Shown: positions 9,055 to 18,319 of the stretch, one piece after another
How positions within the stretch are numbered: position 1 is the first letter of the stretch
How the letters are laid out: the number at the start of each line of letters is the position of its first letter
Assembly (NCBI GenBank): GCA_965219985.1
Contig: OZ244801.1
Location: forward strand, 3,930,302-3,994,301
DNA: 64,000 nucleotides
From: Phototrophicaceae bacterium
Lineage (GTDB): Bacteria > Chloroflexota > Anaerolineae > Aggregatilineales > Phototrophicaceae
Direction: 5' to 3'
Translations under genes and position numbers: made by a program
The notes under the pieces: generated by a model
The model's input: the letters and a program-made list of their open reading frames with translations, nothing else
Database searches by the model: none
Told to the model about the DNA's origin: nothing

Positions 9055-9915
9055 GTGGATATCGTCAGCTTGCTTTCCGAGCCGCTCGGTTACGCCTTCA
9101 TTCAGCGCGGCATGCTGGCGCTGATTCTGGTGGGCGGCATAAGCGCGGTGGTGGGCTGCTTTGTGGTGGTGCGGGGCATGTCCTTCTTTGGCGATGCCCT
9201 GTCGCACGCCATACTGCCCGGCGTGGCGCTGTCTTATACAGCCAGCGGCGGCTATGTCGCCAGCAATCTCTTCCTGGGCGGCTTGGGCGCCGGGATCGTC
9301 TCGGCTCTGGTCATCGCCTGGCTGACGCGCAACCAGGAGCTCAAGGAAGACAGCGCCATCGCCATCGTATTCGTAACGATGTTCGCCCTGGGCATCGCCA
9401 TCGTCAGCACACAATCGAGCTATTCCGCCGACCTGACTCATATCCTCTTCGGCAGTATTCTCGGCATCAGCCAGAGCGATTTGCTAATGGTGGCGGCCAT
9501 GGGCGCCGCCGTGCTGCTGGTGATTTTGCTGCTTTACAAAGAACTGCTGATCGTCAGCTTCGACCTGACGTTGGCGCACAGCTTGCGTTTTCCGGTGGAG
9601 CGGCTGCGCATTTTGCTGCTGCTGCTCATCGCCGTAACGATTGTGGCCAGCTTGCAGGCGGTGGGCATTGCCTTGATGCTGGCGCTGCTTATCACGCCGG
9701 CGGCCACCGCCCGGCTGCTGGTCAAGCGCCTGCATCACATGATCGTCATCGCCAGCTTGATCGGCATAGTCAGCGGCGTGGTCGGCTTTTACGCCTCCTA
9801 TTATTTGGACATCCCGTCAGGCGCTTGCATTGTGCTGACTTTGAGCGCGATTTTCGGCTTGGTTATCGCGCTGAAATCCGGCTTTATGCAGCTGCGCGAG
9901 CGGGGCGGCTCGTAG
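9055..9915 (+). CDS. znuB: Metal ABC transporter permease (ABC-3 family)
   Basis: 286-aa polytopic membrane ORF with a GTG start 2 nt after the znuC stop. Typical ABC-3 segments are present (FFGDALSHAILPGVAL, ITPAATARLL). Confidence 0.8.
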   Translation: MDIVSLLSEPLGYAFIQRGMLALILVGGISAVVGCFVVVRGMSFFGDALSHAILPGVALSYTASGGYVASNLFLGGLGAGIVSALVIAWLTRNQELKEDSAIAIVFVTMFALGIAIVSTQSSYSADLTHILFGSILGISQSDLLMVAAMGAAVLLVILLLYKELLIVSFDLTLAHSLRFPVERLRILLLLLIAVTIVASLQAVGIALMLALLITPAATARLLVKRLHHMIVIASLIGIVSGVVGFYASYYLDIPSGACIVLTLSAIFGLVIALKSGFMQLRERGGS

Positions 9916-9967
9916 CGGGACACGCTAGATCACAAATACAATACTGACGGCGAACTCCACACTAGAA

Positions 9968-10077
9968 AATTCACCACAGAGACACAGAAGCGGAACCAAT
10001 ATAGTCTTGCGAAAACTGAATGGAATTCCATTCGAGAGCGGGCGAGCCAAGGCTCGCCCCTACATCCATACGAGTAT
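9968..10077 (-). repeat. Degenerate MITE-interior relic (inverted orientation) abutting the IS
   Basis: The reverse complement aligns with the interior of the relic at 25600-25720 (actcgtatgg.tgtaggggcgagccttggctcgccc ... cttctgtgtc.c..gtg). Confidence 0.5.
10040..10063. repeat. REP-like hairpin gggcgagcc-aa-ggctcgccc(ctac)
   Basis: 9-bp perfect arms, read directly. Confidence 0.8.
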
Positions 10078-10091
10078 GGGAGTGGTGAATT

Positions 10092-10837
10092 TCAAGGATA
10101 TATGAATTGCATGGGGAAAACCTTGTACTTGGGATACTGTTGAAGATGTAACTGCCGCCGATTCCAGGCATAGACAAAAAGTTTCACGGTCCGATGAAGC
10201 GCCTTAGCGCAACGAGAAAAGCAACGGGACCGCCGGTGCAAGCGCGCCAAATAATGACGCAACTCCGCATTCATACCCTCTACTCGGTAGGTTTGGCTCT
10301 TATTTGGCATCGGCGTATGCTTTCCGGGATAGTAGAGCAATTTCTTGTAGGCAGCCATCAGGTCACTGTAGTACCAATGCGCTCGCGGACTTTGATCCAC
10401 CAGCTTTTGCAAGGTAGCTTCGTCTCGCTTTTGGCTCAGCACAAAGCCAACAATGCAACTGCTAGCCCGCTCTACGAAAGTGCTTATGTACCATCTGTTT
10501 TTTTTCGCTCGACAAAGGTATACAACTCGTCCATTTCGACGATATGCAGAGGCTCTTCGCTTGGTGTGGGGGCAGGCGGAAGCTGATCGGCATGAGCTTT
10601 CACCCAATTCATCACGGTGACATGATCAATTCCCAAATGACGCGCTATCCTGCGATAACTGGCGCCATCAACATACCATCTAAGAGCTTGCTGCCGCATG
10701 TCATCCCCATAGAAACGCGTGGGCTGCGGAGTATAACGGCGCATGCAGACGTTACAACGATAACGCTGGCTGCCAGAACGATTGAAGCCAGCTTTGACTT
10801 GTTTTTGTGTAGCTTGACAATCGGGGCAAGTAATCAT
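10092..10837 (-). CDS. insB: IS1 InsAB' transposase, produced by a programmed -1 frameshift from insA into the insB frame
   Basis: The downstream -1 frame (ORF 10092-10607) overlaps insA and encodes the IS1-type catalytic region (KKNRWYISTFVERASS...YYSDLMAAYKKL...RVEGMNAELRHYLARLHRRSRCFSR). The slippery A8 run lies in the overlap. Confidence 0.7.
10484..10837 (-). CDS. insA: IS1 InsA (zinc-finger plus HTH DNA-binding protein)
   Basis: MITCPDCQATQKQVKAGFNRSGSQRYRCNVC zinc ribbon followed by an HTH (ASYRRIARHLGIDHVTVMNW); ends just after the A8 run. Confidence 0.8.
   Translation of the reverse strand: MITCPDCQATQKQVKAGFNRSGSQRYRCNVCMRRYTPQPTRFYGDDMRQQALRWYVDGASYRRIARHLGIDHVTVMNWVKAHADQLPPAPTPSEEPLHIVEMDELYTFVERKKTDGT
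10498..10505 (-). other. A8 slippery run, putative -1 ribosomal frameshift site of the IS1 element
   Basis: The plus strand shows T8. On the coding strand it reads cga-aaa-aaa-aca, within the insA/insB overlap, analogous to the A6C site of IS1. Confidence 0.6.
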
Positions 10838-10928
10838 AACTCCAGTCTAGCATAACCGCCTATTCACCACTCCCCGAGTATTTTGGCAGTTGCGATACTT
10901 CGCGATACACTTTGCTTAAGTCGAGGAG

Positions 10929-11879
10929 ATGGACATGATCAGCGGACTCAAACAGGAAATCGATAGCAAGGGATACGCGATCGTCGAGGGTGCGCTCGAC
11001 GCGTCCGCGCTTAGCGACATCGTGGCTGATTATGAGCGGCTACTGGATCGGCTGGCGCCGGAATGGTACGCGCAGGGGCGCATCTCGTCAGCCTTTGAGG
11101 GGCTGCCCTTTGCCGAACGCCTGACGGCCGTGGTCAGCGACAGCGAGGAAGATCTCTTTCAGCATTTTGATATCACACTGCCGAACGATACCGTCACGCC
11201 GGAGACGCCCCTCCACGTCAGCAGAGCCACCTATGAGTTCTTGAGCAACCAGGCGCTGCTGGACAAGGTCGAAGAAGTCATCGGCGGCGAGATCCTCTCC
11301 AACCCTATCCAGCACGTGCGCATCAAGCCGCCGCAAGATAAAGTCGCGGGCCAGCCCAGCACCTTGCTGAAGGAGACCGGCTGGCATCAAGATCGGGGCG
11401 TGGCGCGGGAAGTTGCCGATGAGAGCGAAATGCTGACGGTATGGATCGCCATCACTGACGCCACCCTGGAGAACGGCTGCCTGAAAGTTGTGCCCTACAG
11501 CCATCTGGAGGGCCTGGCAGTGCATTGCATGCTCGATCACTTGCGAATTCCCGATGAGCTGCTGGCGGGCGAGCCGCGGCCGCTGCCGATCAAAGCCGGC
11601 GATGCCATCTTTATGCACAGCGATACCCAGCACGGCTCGCTGCCTAATGTAAGCAGCTCGATCCGCTGGAGCTTTGACCTGCGTTACCAGCCGATTGGCC
11701 TGCCCACCGGGCGCGACGAATTCCCCAGCCTGATCGTGCGCAGCCGCGAGAACCCGGCGCAAGTGGGTGATTATGATAGCTGGCGCGCCGCCTGGTTGCG
11801 GGCGCGCGACGCCCTGGCCGGCGTGGAGGAACGCGAATCCACCAACCGCTGGGACGGCACAGCGATTGAATGCGCCTGA
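10929..11879 (+). CDS. Phytanoyl-CoA dioxygenase (PhyH) family Fe(II)/2-oxoglutarate oxygenase
   Basis: 316-aa ORF with an HxD...H triad context (GWHQDRGV ... DTQHGSLPN ... RWSFDLRYQ) typical of PhyH-family proteins. Confidence 0.7.
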   Translation: MDMISGLKQEIDSKGYAIVEGALDASALSDIVADYERLLDRLAPEWYAQGRISSAFEGLPFAERLTAVVSDSEEDLFQHFDITLPNDTVTPETPLHVSRATYEFLSNQALLDKVEEVIGGEILSNPIQHVRIKPPQDKVAGQPSTLLKETGWHQDRGVAREVADESEMLTVWIAITDATLENGCLKVVPYSHLEGLAVHCMLDHLRIPDELLAGEPRPLPIKAGDAIFMHSDTQHGSLPNVSSSIRWSFDLRYQPIGLPTGRDEFPSLIVRSRENPAQVGDYDSWRAAWLRARDALAGVEERESTNRWDGTAIECA

Positions 11880-11901
11880 CTTGGATACCGCTGACCGCTC
11901 A

Positions 11902-12288
11902 ATGAACGCGAGCTTCCAGGCGCTGGCGGGGGTAAGCTACGTCTCGCTCGAATCGTATCGCAAGAGCGGCGCGCCGGCGCGCACTCCGGTTTGGATCGCT
12001 GCCGACGGCGGCAAGCTCTACTGCTGGACGCTCAGCACTACCGGCAAGATCAAACGCATTCGCGCCAATGCGAATGTCCGGCTGGCCAAATGCGACGCCA
12101 GCGGCAAGCTTGAAGGCGAGTGGGTGATGGCCGAGGCGCGCATCCTGGATTCGCCGGCGGCGCTGAAGGCTCAACTCCGGCGTCTGCGCGCCAAATACGG
12201 CTGGAAGTTACTCCCATTCCGGCTCATCAGCTTCTTGAGGCGGGCTCCGACCTTGACGATAGAATTCAGTCCCGCCAGCTCTGATTAA
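11902..12288 (+). CDS. PPOX-class (pyridoxamine 5'-phosphate oxidase-like) probable F420-dependent enzyme
   Basis: An internal ATG at 11902 avoids overlap with the PhyH gene. YVSLESYRKSGAPARTPVWIA...GKLYCWT...KIKRIRANANVRLAKCD matches the small PPOX split-barrel family. Confidence 0.65.
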   Translation: MNASFQALAGVSYVSLESYRKSGAPARTPVWIAADGGKLYCWTLSTTGKIKRIRANANVRLAKCDASGKLEGEWVMAEARILDSPAALKAQLRRLRAKYGWKLLPFRLISFLRRAPTLTIEFSPASSD

Positions 12289-12408
12289 CGCGGCGTCAAC
12301 GAGGCAAACCGCTTGATTGAGCTGCCTCGCCTCAATAGGCGTCATTTCAGCTACAATGGCCGGCGCATGCCACACATTTTGGAGGCAAGGGCAGCAAAGG
12401 ACAATACG

Positions 12409-12843
12409 ATGCGTTATGAAACAGAAGTAATCATAAATTTGCCGCGCGAGCGCGTGATTGAGCTCTTTGACAGTTTTGAAAATCTCAAAAAGTGGCAGGA
12501 AGGCTTGCTCAGTCACGAACACATTAGCGGCGAGCCGGGCCAGCCGGGCGCCAAGACCAAGCTGCTGTATCAGATGGGCAGCCGGCGCACCGAAATGATT
12601 GAGACGATCATCAAGCGCGATCTGCCTGAGGAATTCTCAGGCGCATACGATGCCAGGGGCGTACATAATATCGTCCGCAATTACTTCCATGACGAGGGCG
12701 AGCGGACGCGCTGGGTGCTGGATTCCGATTTTCAATTTCACGGCTATATGCGCATCATGTCGCTGTTCATGCCCGGCAGCATGTTCAAGAAACAGACGCG
12801 CAAGACGATGGAAGACTTCAAGAAGTTCGCTGAAAGCGCCTGA
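12409..12843 (+). CDS. SRPBCC (START/polyketide-cyclase-like) family protein
   Basis: The start MRYETEVIINLPRERV at 12409 is typical of the SRPBCC N-terminus. About 145 aa. Confidence 0.6.
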   Translation: MRYETEVIINLPRERVIELFDSFENLKKWQEGLLSHEHISGEPGQPGAKTKLLYQMGSRRTEMIETIIKRDLPEEFSGAYDARGVHNIVRNYFHDEGERTRWVLDSDFQFHGYMRIMSLFMPGSMFKKQTRKTMEDFKKFAESA

Positions 12844-13329
12844 TTAACGCCGATCCAGCAGTTGGCGCGTCATGGCGGCGTGGCCCAGGTGCTCGGCGGT
12901 ATGATCCAACCCGCGCAGCAGCGACCAGCCCCGAGAGAATTGCTGCGGCGGCCAGTGACGATAGCGGCTCACATCGACGGTTTCGCCCAGGCGGCTGGCG
13001 GATTGCGCTGGAAACGTTGCCTTACAGAAGGCGACATTGGCGGCGAAGCGTTCGCCGAGCTGCTCAAGCGTATAACCGGCGGCCTTAAACTCCGCCGGGC
13101 GATCGCGAGTTATCATGTCGTCAACCACTGCGCCGAACCAGAAGCGCTCGGCCGCCGTGACATGCACAGCCAGGACGCAAAGCGAATTCATCCGCGGCCC
13201 CGGCGACCAATCCAGCTCCGCGATAGTTAAGCCGTCCATGGCCTGCAGATATTCAGTGTGCAGCCATTCCAGGCGGCTGATTGCCTCAGCGAAGATCGGC
13301 TCCATTTCGCTTGCTCCTGTGGCGCTCAT
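12844..13329 (-). CDS. DinB-family (DinB_2) metal-dependent four-helix-bundle protein
   Basis: Has the His triad context (LAVHVTAAERFW ... LDHTAEHLGHA). The ATG at 13329 overlaps the rsfS stop (ATGA), suggesting translational coupling. Confidence 0.65.
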   Translation of the reverse strand: MSATGASEMEPIFAEAISRLEWLHTEYLQAMDGLTIAELDWSPGPRMNSLCVLAVHVTAAERFWFGAVVDDMITRDRPAEFKAAGYTLEQLGERFAANVAFCKATFPAQSASRLGETVDVSRYRHWPPQQFSRGWSLLRGLDHTAEHLGHAAMTRQLLDRR

Positions 13330-13676
13330 TGAATGCGCAGCATAACGCGGGACGCGGCGTCCCACAATTCTTCCAGGCGGTAATAGGCGCGGCGGTCGGG
13401 GGAGAAGAAATGCGCCACCACATCGCCATAATCCATGACGACCCAGCCGTTTTCCGCGCTGCCTTCGTTGGTGAAGGGCAGCTTCTGTAAGCGCTCTTTG
13501 ACGTCGAGCCGAACGCTCTCGGTTAAAGCGCGCAAGTGGCGTTCATTATCGCCGCTGCAGATGATAAAAAAGTCGGCGATGATGTTGTCTGGTCGCAGGT
13601 CTAGCAGGAGGATGTCTTCCGCCTTGCGGTCCTCCACAAGGTCTACAATATGATGAGCCAATTCTAATGATTGCAA
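13326..13676 (-). CDS. rsfS: Ribosome silencing factor RsfS
   Basis: Conserved core DRKAEDILLLDL...ADFFIICSGDNERHLRAL...GWVVMDYGDVVAHFF. I prefer the TTG start at 13676, preceded by GGAGAGG (13682-13688). GTG at 13709 is an alternative. The ORF-track start at 13898 runs through repeat debris. Confidence 0.75.
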   Translation of the reverse strand: MQSLELAHHIVDLVEDRKAEDILLLDLRPDNIIADFFIICSGDNERHLRALTESVRLDVKERLQKLPFTNEGSAENGWVVMDYGDVVAHFFSPDRRAYYRLEELWDAASRVMLRIQ

Positions 13677-13956
13677 ATACGCCTCTCCGGTTTGGTCACG
13701 GTCGTTCACTGTGGGCAGTTTAGCACAGATCGCGCGGCGGCGAAATGCGCCGCGGTCGGCGGCCAGTAAAACGGAGTGTTTAATTCCGCGGACATGAATA
13801 CTCCGCGACCGTATTAAGATCAAGTAAGTCTTGAGAAAATAACCGCCGACTACTCCGAGAATATAAAGATGCCGTCGTGTAAAGCAGTTTAGAAGCACTA
13901 CGACAGCGACTGTTTCCGTATGTAGGATGGCGGCGCGCTGGCGCTAGGAGAGCAAC

Positions 13957-15381
13957 GTGAACGTTAAGCCAATTCTCGCCAGCAATTGCCTGGTCTTCTT
14001 GCCTAGCCGCTTACTTACGCTGCTTGCGATCTTGACGCTTTCTGTCTCATTCTCAGCTGTGGGGCAGCAACCCGGCGCTGACGGTATGGGCGATGCGCTC
14101 TATCCGCAATTGGGCAACGGCGGCTACGATGTGCAGCATTACACGATTGGTCTAAATTATGAGCCCGAGCTGAATCGCATACGCGCCACAACGGTCATCA
14201 GCGCTGTCGCGACTCACGCGCTTTCCCGCTTCAATCTTGACTTCTATGGCTTGACGATAACCTCACTAAGCGTCAATGAAGTTGCGGCCGCGCTAGACCG
14301 AATCGGCCAGGAGTTGATCATTTCACCGGCAGAATCGATAGCGGCGGGCGAGCCATTCAGCGTCACGGTCAAATACTCCGGTATACCGGCGCCGGTTGAA
14401 GACCCCGCGGTCCCCTGGACTGAATTGGGCTGGCACGAATATGCCGAGGGCGCCATCGCCACGACGAACGAACCATCCGGCGCGATGAATTGGTTCCCGA
14501 GCAACAATCATCCCTTGGACAAAGCTACCTACACATTCCGTATCACCGTACCAGTTGGTCTCACTGCCGCGGCTAATGGTGTCCTGACCCAGACGATTGA
14601 CAATGGCGACGATACAAGCACCTATGTCTGGCAGATGCGCGATCCGATGTCCAGCTATCTCGCCACGGTTGTCATTGGCGACTTCACGGTTGAGCGGGAC
14701 GACACCGGCCCGGTACCCATTCGCAACTACCTTCCGCGCGACCTTTCTGACGATGCCAAAGAAGCCCTTGCCAAGACTCAGGACATGATGGCCTGGATGA
14801 TCGACAAAATTGGCCCCTATCCCTTTGAAGCGTATGGCGTCGTGGTCGTGCCCGGCTTTCGAAGCGCGCTTGAAAACCAGACCCTTTCGACATTTTCTCC
14901 CCATATGCTCTTACCTTCGGTCATCATGCACGAGCTTGTTCATCAATGGTTTGGCAACAGCGTTTCTCCCGCGGGCTGGCAAGACATTTGGCTCAACGAG
15001 GGCTTCGCTACCTATTTCGAGTGGCTATACGCGGCGGAGACAACCGGCTCCCCGGGCATTGAGAGTCTAATCCCGGACTTGTCGCCAGCGCTTAAGCAGC
15101 CACCGGGCAGCGTAGAAGCAGATGCGCTGTTCGGCATCAGTGTCTATTATCGTGGCGCGCTAACGCTTTCTGCCTTGCGCGCGGAAGTCGGCGACGAGGT
15201 ATTCTTCGACATTCTGCGTGAATATTATCAGCGGCACGCCTATTCCGTTGCCAGCACCGCAGACTTCATCGCCGCCGCTGAAAAGGTAAGCGGCCGTGAG
15301 CTTGACGCGCTTTTCGATGCCTGGCTCTATAGCGAGGAGATGCCGGACCTGCCACAATCGCCGGAGCATACGACTCAGTGA
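13957..15381 (+). CDS. M1-family zinc metallopeptidase (aminopeptidase N-like), secreted
   Basis: HELVHQWFGN...WLNEGFATY gives the HExxH-(18)-E gluzincin motif, and GAMNWF is a GxMEN-like exopeptidase motif. N-terminal signal/TM. GTG start. Confidence 0.8.
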   Translation: MNVKPILASNCLVFLPSRLLTLLAILTLSVSFSAVGQQPGADGMGDALYPQLGNGGYDVQHYTIGLNYEPELNRIRATTVISAVATHALSRFNLDFYGLTITSLSVNEVAAALDRIGQELIISPAESIAAGEPFSVTVKYSGIPAPVEDPAVPWTELGWHEYAEGAIATTNEPSGAMNWFPSNNHPLDKATYTFRITVPVGLTAAANGVLTQTIDNGDDTSTYVWQMRDPMSSYLATVVIGDFTVERDDTGPVPIRNYLPRDLSDDAKEALAKTQDMMAWMIDKIGPYPFEAYGVVVVPGFRSALENQTLSTFSPHMLLPSVIMHELVHQWFGNSVSPAGWQDIWLNEGFATYFEWLYAAETTGSPGIESLIPDLSPALKQPPGSVEADALFGISVYYRGALTLSALRAEVGDEVFFDILREYYQRHAYSVASTADFIAAAEKVSGRELDALFDAWLYSEEMPDLPQSPEHTTQ

Positions 15382-15394
15382 ATCACAAGGAGTG

Positions 15395-16249
15395 ATGCAA
15401 ATCCAACACCCCTATCTCGACGCAATCCTCCGCTGGGCGCGCGGCGAAGAAGCCATCCGCGCCGTCGTTATCACCGGCTCGCTGGCGCGCGCGGATGGCA
15501 GCGTGGACGAGTACTCCGACCTGGACGCGCAAATCATCACCCGCGATGTCGAGCGGCTGACGCGGGACGACAGTTGGCTGGATACGCTCGGCGAAGTCTG
15601 GATTCGCTTTCCGATCCATCAACAAGCGCCCTATCGCCTGGTGTGGTTCGCCGGCGGCCTCAAGGTCGATTTTCAGTTCATCCCCATGGCGGACATTCAG
15701 GCGATGCGCGCGTCAGGCGAGCTGTCGGACGAGTACCTGCGTGGTTACTTGGTCGCGCTGGACAAGGACGGGCTCTACGCTGACATGCCGCCCTCCCCCC
15801 GTGTCTTTCCGATGCCGGCGCCGCCGAGCCGGACCGAAGTTGAGACTGCGATCAACGAATTCTGGTTCGAGGCGATCCACGTGGCGCAGTTCATCCGCCG
15901 GCGCGAATTCTGGGTGGCGAAATACCGCGATTGGACCATGAAAGAGGATTTACTGCGGCTGATGGAGTGGCATGCGCGGGCGACCGGGGGCAGAGCCGTT
16001 AACACCTGGCTGCTGGGCAAGCGCGTCCAGCGCTGGGCGGACGCTGAAACGACAGCGGAAATTGAGCGGATTTGGTCGCGCTGGGACGCGGCCGAGATGT
16101 GGCGCGCGCTGCTCGTTCAGCTGGCGCTGTTCCGCCGCTTATCGCGCGAGCTCCTGGCCGCGCTCGGCGGCGACTATTCCGAGGCGAAGCACTTGAGAAT
16201 CGAAGCCTACATTCGCCAACTCTACGCGCAAGACAAAGAGACGCGCTAG
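15395..16249 (+). CDS. Aminoglycoside 6-adenylyltransferase (ANT(6)/AadK) family nucleotidyltransferase
   Basis: ATG at 15395 preceded by AAGGAG. The pattern VVITGSLARADGSVDEYSDLD ... NEFWFEAIHVAQFIRRREFW ... LLRLMEWH parallels AadK-type enzymes. Confidence 0.7.
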   Translation: MQIQHPYLDAILRWARGEEAIRAVVITGSLARADGSVDEYSDLDAQIITRDVERLTRDDSWLDTLGEVWIRFPIHQQAPYRLVWFAGGLKVDFQFIPMADIQAMRASGELSDEYLRGYLVALDKDGLYADMPPSPRVFPMPAPPSRTEVETAINEFWFEAIHVAQFIRRREFWVAKYRDWTMKEDLLRLMEWHARATGGRAVNTWLLGKRVQRWADAETTAEIERIWSRWDAAEMWRALLVQLALFRRLSRELLAALGGDYSEAKHLRIEAYIRQLYAQDKETR

Positions 16250-16932
16250 AGACTGAACTCGCCGTCGGGCTCGGGAACGATGGTTCTCACGCCGGCCTCG
16301 CTCTCCACGCGCGCCGCCCAGGCGGCAACGTCTTGTTCAATCGGCGGGAAGGTATTGTAGTGCATGGGAGAAACGGCTTTGGGCTCGAGCAGTTTGACAG
16401 CCTTGATCGAGTCGTCAATGCCCATGGTGAAGCAATCGCCGATAGGCAGCAGAGCCAGGTCCAGCCCCTCGTCGCCGATCAATTTCATGTCGCCGAACAA
16501 ACAAGTATCGCCAGCATGATAGATGGTGAAACCACCACCGCGAATCACGAAGCCGTTGGGCTGCCCGCCATAGGTGCCGTCTGGAAAGGACGAACTGTGG
16601 AAGGCCAACGTCCATTTTGCGCTCAGCCAGCCATTGCGAAAGGTCCCGCCCGGATTGCCTTGAAAGACATTCTGGACGCCATGCGCCAGATACCAGTCGC
16701 CCATTTCAAAATTGCAGACCACCAGGGCGCCGGTGCGCTTGGCGATCTCGACCGAATCGCCGACATGGTCGCCGTGGGCATGCGTCAATAGAATCACCTC
16801 GGCATCCAGATCCTTGGCGGCTGCCTTGGCGACTGGATTGCCGCTCACGAATGGATCAATAAGGACCTTGTGCCCGTCGATATCCAGCGAATACGCCGAA
16901 TGACCTATCCATCTCACCGTAACAGACATCAC
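16246..16932 (-). CDS. UPF0173-family metal-dependent hydrolase (MBL fold, YtkL-like)
   Basis: Near-colinear similarity to the UPF0173 family: WIGHSAY...VLIDPFVSGNP...LTHAHGDHVGD...YHAGDT.LFGDMKLIG...LPIGD.FTMG...PMHYNTFP.IEQD. Confidence 0.85.
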   Translation of the reverse strand: MMSVTVRWIGHSAYSLDIDGHKVLIDPFVSGNPVAKAAAKDLDAEVILLTHAHGDHVGDSVEIAKRTGALVVCNFEMGDWYLAHGVQNVFQGNPGGTFRNGWLSAKWTLAFHSSSFPDGTYGGQPNGFVIRGGGFTIYHAGDTCLFGDMKLIGDEGLDLALLPIGDCFTMGIDDSIKAVKLLEPKAVSPMHYNTFPPIEQDVAAWAARVESEAGVRTIVPEPDGEFSL

Positions 16933-17158
16933 AGCCTCCTGCTAAGCCACCTACCTTACTGGCAAGATTGTAGCACTCTCGCCTTGCCATTGCGAAAGAT
17001 GTCAAGAAACTGTAAACATAAGCGGCGCTTTAGGATAGAACTGCCAAAGCGCGGGCAAAGCCGTTAAAATGGAATCAGCGGCTCCCGCGCCAGGTAGCGG
17101 TGTACGAGACAGCGCTGCGAGGCGCAGGCGGTTTCAACTTAAAGGAGATTAAGGCATT

Positions 17159-18016
17159 ATGTCGAACCAAACAATGCGCGGCATTCCATACCTGCTGGTA
17201 TTGCTGCTGCTGGTCATCGCGCTGGCTGGCGGGGCGGCGGCGGGCATCCTGGGTTATATCTGGTACACGGGCGGTTCCGGCGAAGCGAGCCTGTCGGTTG
17301 ACGCCGCGCTGGCCACGCGGGAAGCCAATGACGCCGCCATGGCTGACGCCGTCGGCACAGCGATCATGGACGCGGCCAACACCGTGATCGCCGATGCGGT
17401 AACTGTGGCAATCGCTGAAGCAGTGGATTCAAGCGTAGCCGCCGCCATGGAAGCGCAGGCGCCGGCGAGCGCGCCGGTGGAATTCAGCATCGTCGCCGCG
17501 GAGAGCGAAGCCAGCTTCACGCTGGAGGAAGATCTGAGCGGCGTACGCACCACCGTCATCGGCGCGACTACGGAATTGGGCGGCAGCATCACAGTCAACT
17601 TTGCCAACCCCGGCGCTTCGGTCATCGGCGCCATTGTCGTCAACGCGCGGACTTTGGAAACGGACAACAGCTTCCGCAATCGCGCCTTGCGCAGCCAAAT
17701 CCTTAGATCGGCGCAGGATGAATTCGAATTCATCGTCTTCGACCCGCGCGAGCTGAGCAACTTTTCAGCCGATTCAATAACGGTGGGCGAGACGCTCAGC
17801 TTCGATATCACCGGTGATCTTACCGTGACCGACGTCACGCGCAGCGTTACTTTCGCGGCGACGGTCACGCTAGACAGCGAAACGCAAATCAGCGGCAGCG
17901 CCTCGGCAAATCTGCTGCACGCGGACTTCGATCTGGTTATACCGGAAGTGCCGCGGGTAGCGAACGTCACCGATGATGTGGAGCTCAAGCTGGAGTTTGT
18001 GGCGCGGGCGGCCTAA
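17159..18016 (+). CDS. YceI-family protein with an N-terminal TM anchor and an Ala-rich linker
   Basis: The C-terminal 170 aa show YceI hallmarks (SEASFTLEE...GGSITVNF...NSFRNRALRSQIL...VTRSVTFAATV...VELKLEFVA). Confidence 0.7.
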   Translation: MSNQTMRGIPYLLVLLLLVIALAGGAAAGILGYIWYTGGSGEASLSVDAALATREANDAAMADAVGTAIMDAANTVIADAVTVAIAEAVDSSVAAAMEAQAPASAPVEFSIVAAESEASFTLEEDLSGVRTTVIGATTELGGSITVNFANPGASVIGAIVVNARTLETDNSFRNRALRSQILRSAQDEFEFIVFDPRELSNFSADSITVGETLSFDITGDLTVTDVTRSVTFAATVTLDSETQISGSASANLLHADFDLVIPEVPRVANVTDDVELKLEFVARAA

Positions 18017-18037
18017 TCGGCAGCGAAATCAAATCCA

Positions 18038-18316
18038 CTATCGGCCTGACTTTGTTTCGTCCTGATACTCTGATTCGCCCCGTTGGTCTTGATCCCGAGT
18101 CCGCAAGCGTTGTTCCCGAAGGCCTTGGGTTTGATCTACCAAGTCTTTGGGCTTGGGTTTCTGAGATTGGGGGCGAATCACGCGCGATGCCACCACCAAT
18201 ATAGCCGCAACGCCGAGCAAAAACTCGCGTATCTGTGTCCCTTCATATCCCAGGACAAACAATGCGGATGCAAGCAAAATAATGAAGATACACAGGATAT
18301 ATAAGACCAGCCTCAT
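18038..18316 (-). CDS. Small membrane protein (two TM helices, basic/acidic tail), hypothetical
   Basis: 92-aa ORF; hydrophobic N-terminal half MRLVLYILCIFIILLASALFVLGY. No recognisable family. Confidence 0.35.
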   Translation of the reverse strand: MRLVLYILCIFIILLASALFVLGYEGTQIREFLLGVAAILVVASRVIRPQSQKPKPKDLVDQTQGLREQRLRTRDQDQRGESEYQDETKSGR

Positions 18317-18319
18317 GCA

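Larger units (their letters stand above)
10078..10874 (-). mobile_element. IS1-family insertion sequence, apparently intact (797 bp)
   Basis: 13-bp perfect terminal inverted repeats: GGGAGTGGTGAAT at 10078-10090 and ATTCACCACTCCC at 10862-10874. A 7-bp direct repeat CGAGTAT flanks it (10071-10077 and 10875-10881). Contains insA plus a -1-frame insB. Confidence 0.85.

Noticed and set aside
13677-13898. Long N-terminal extension of the rsfS ORF
   Set aside because: The extension would more than double the N-terminal region relative to the compact RsfS family. It runs through AT-rich repeat-like sequence. A TTG with a GGAGAGG Shine-Dalgarno sequence at 13676 gives a normal-length protein.
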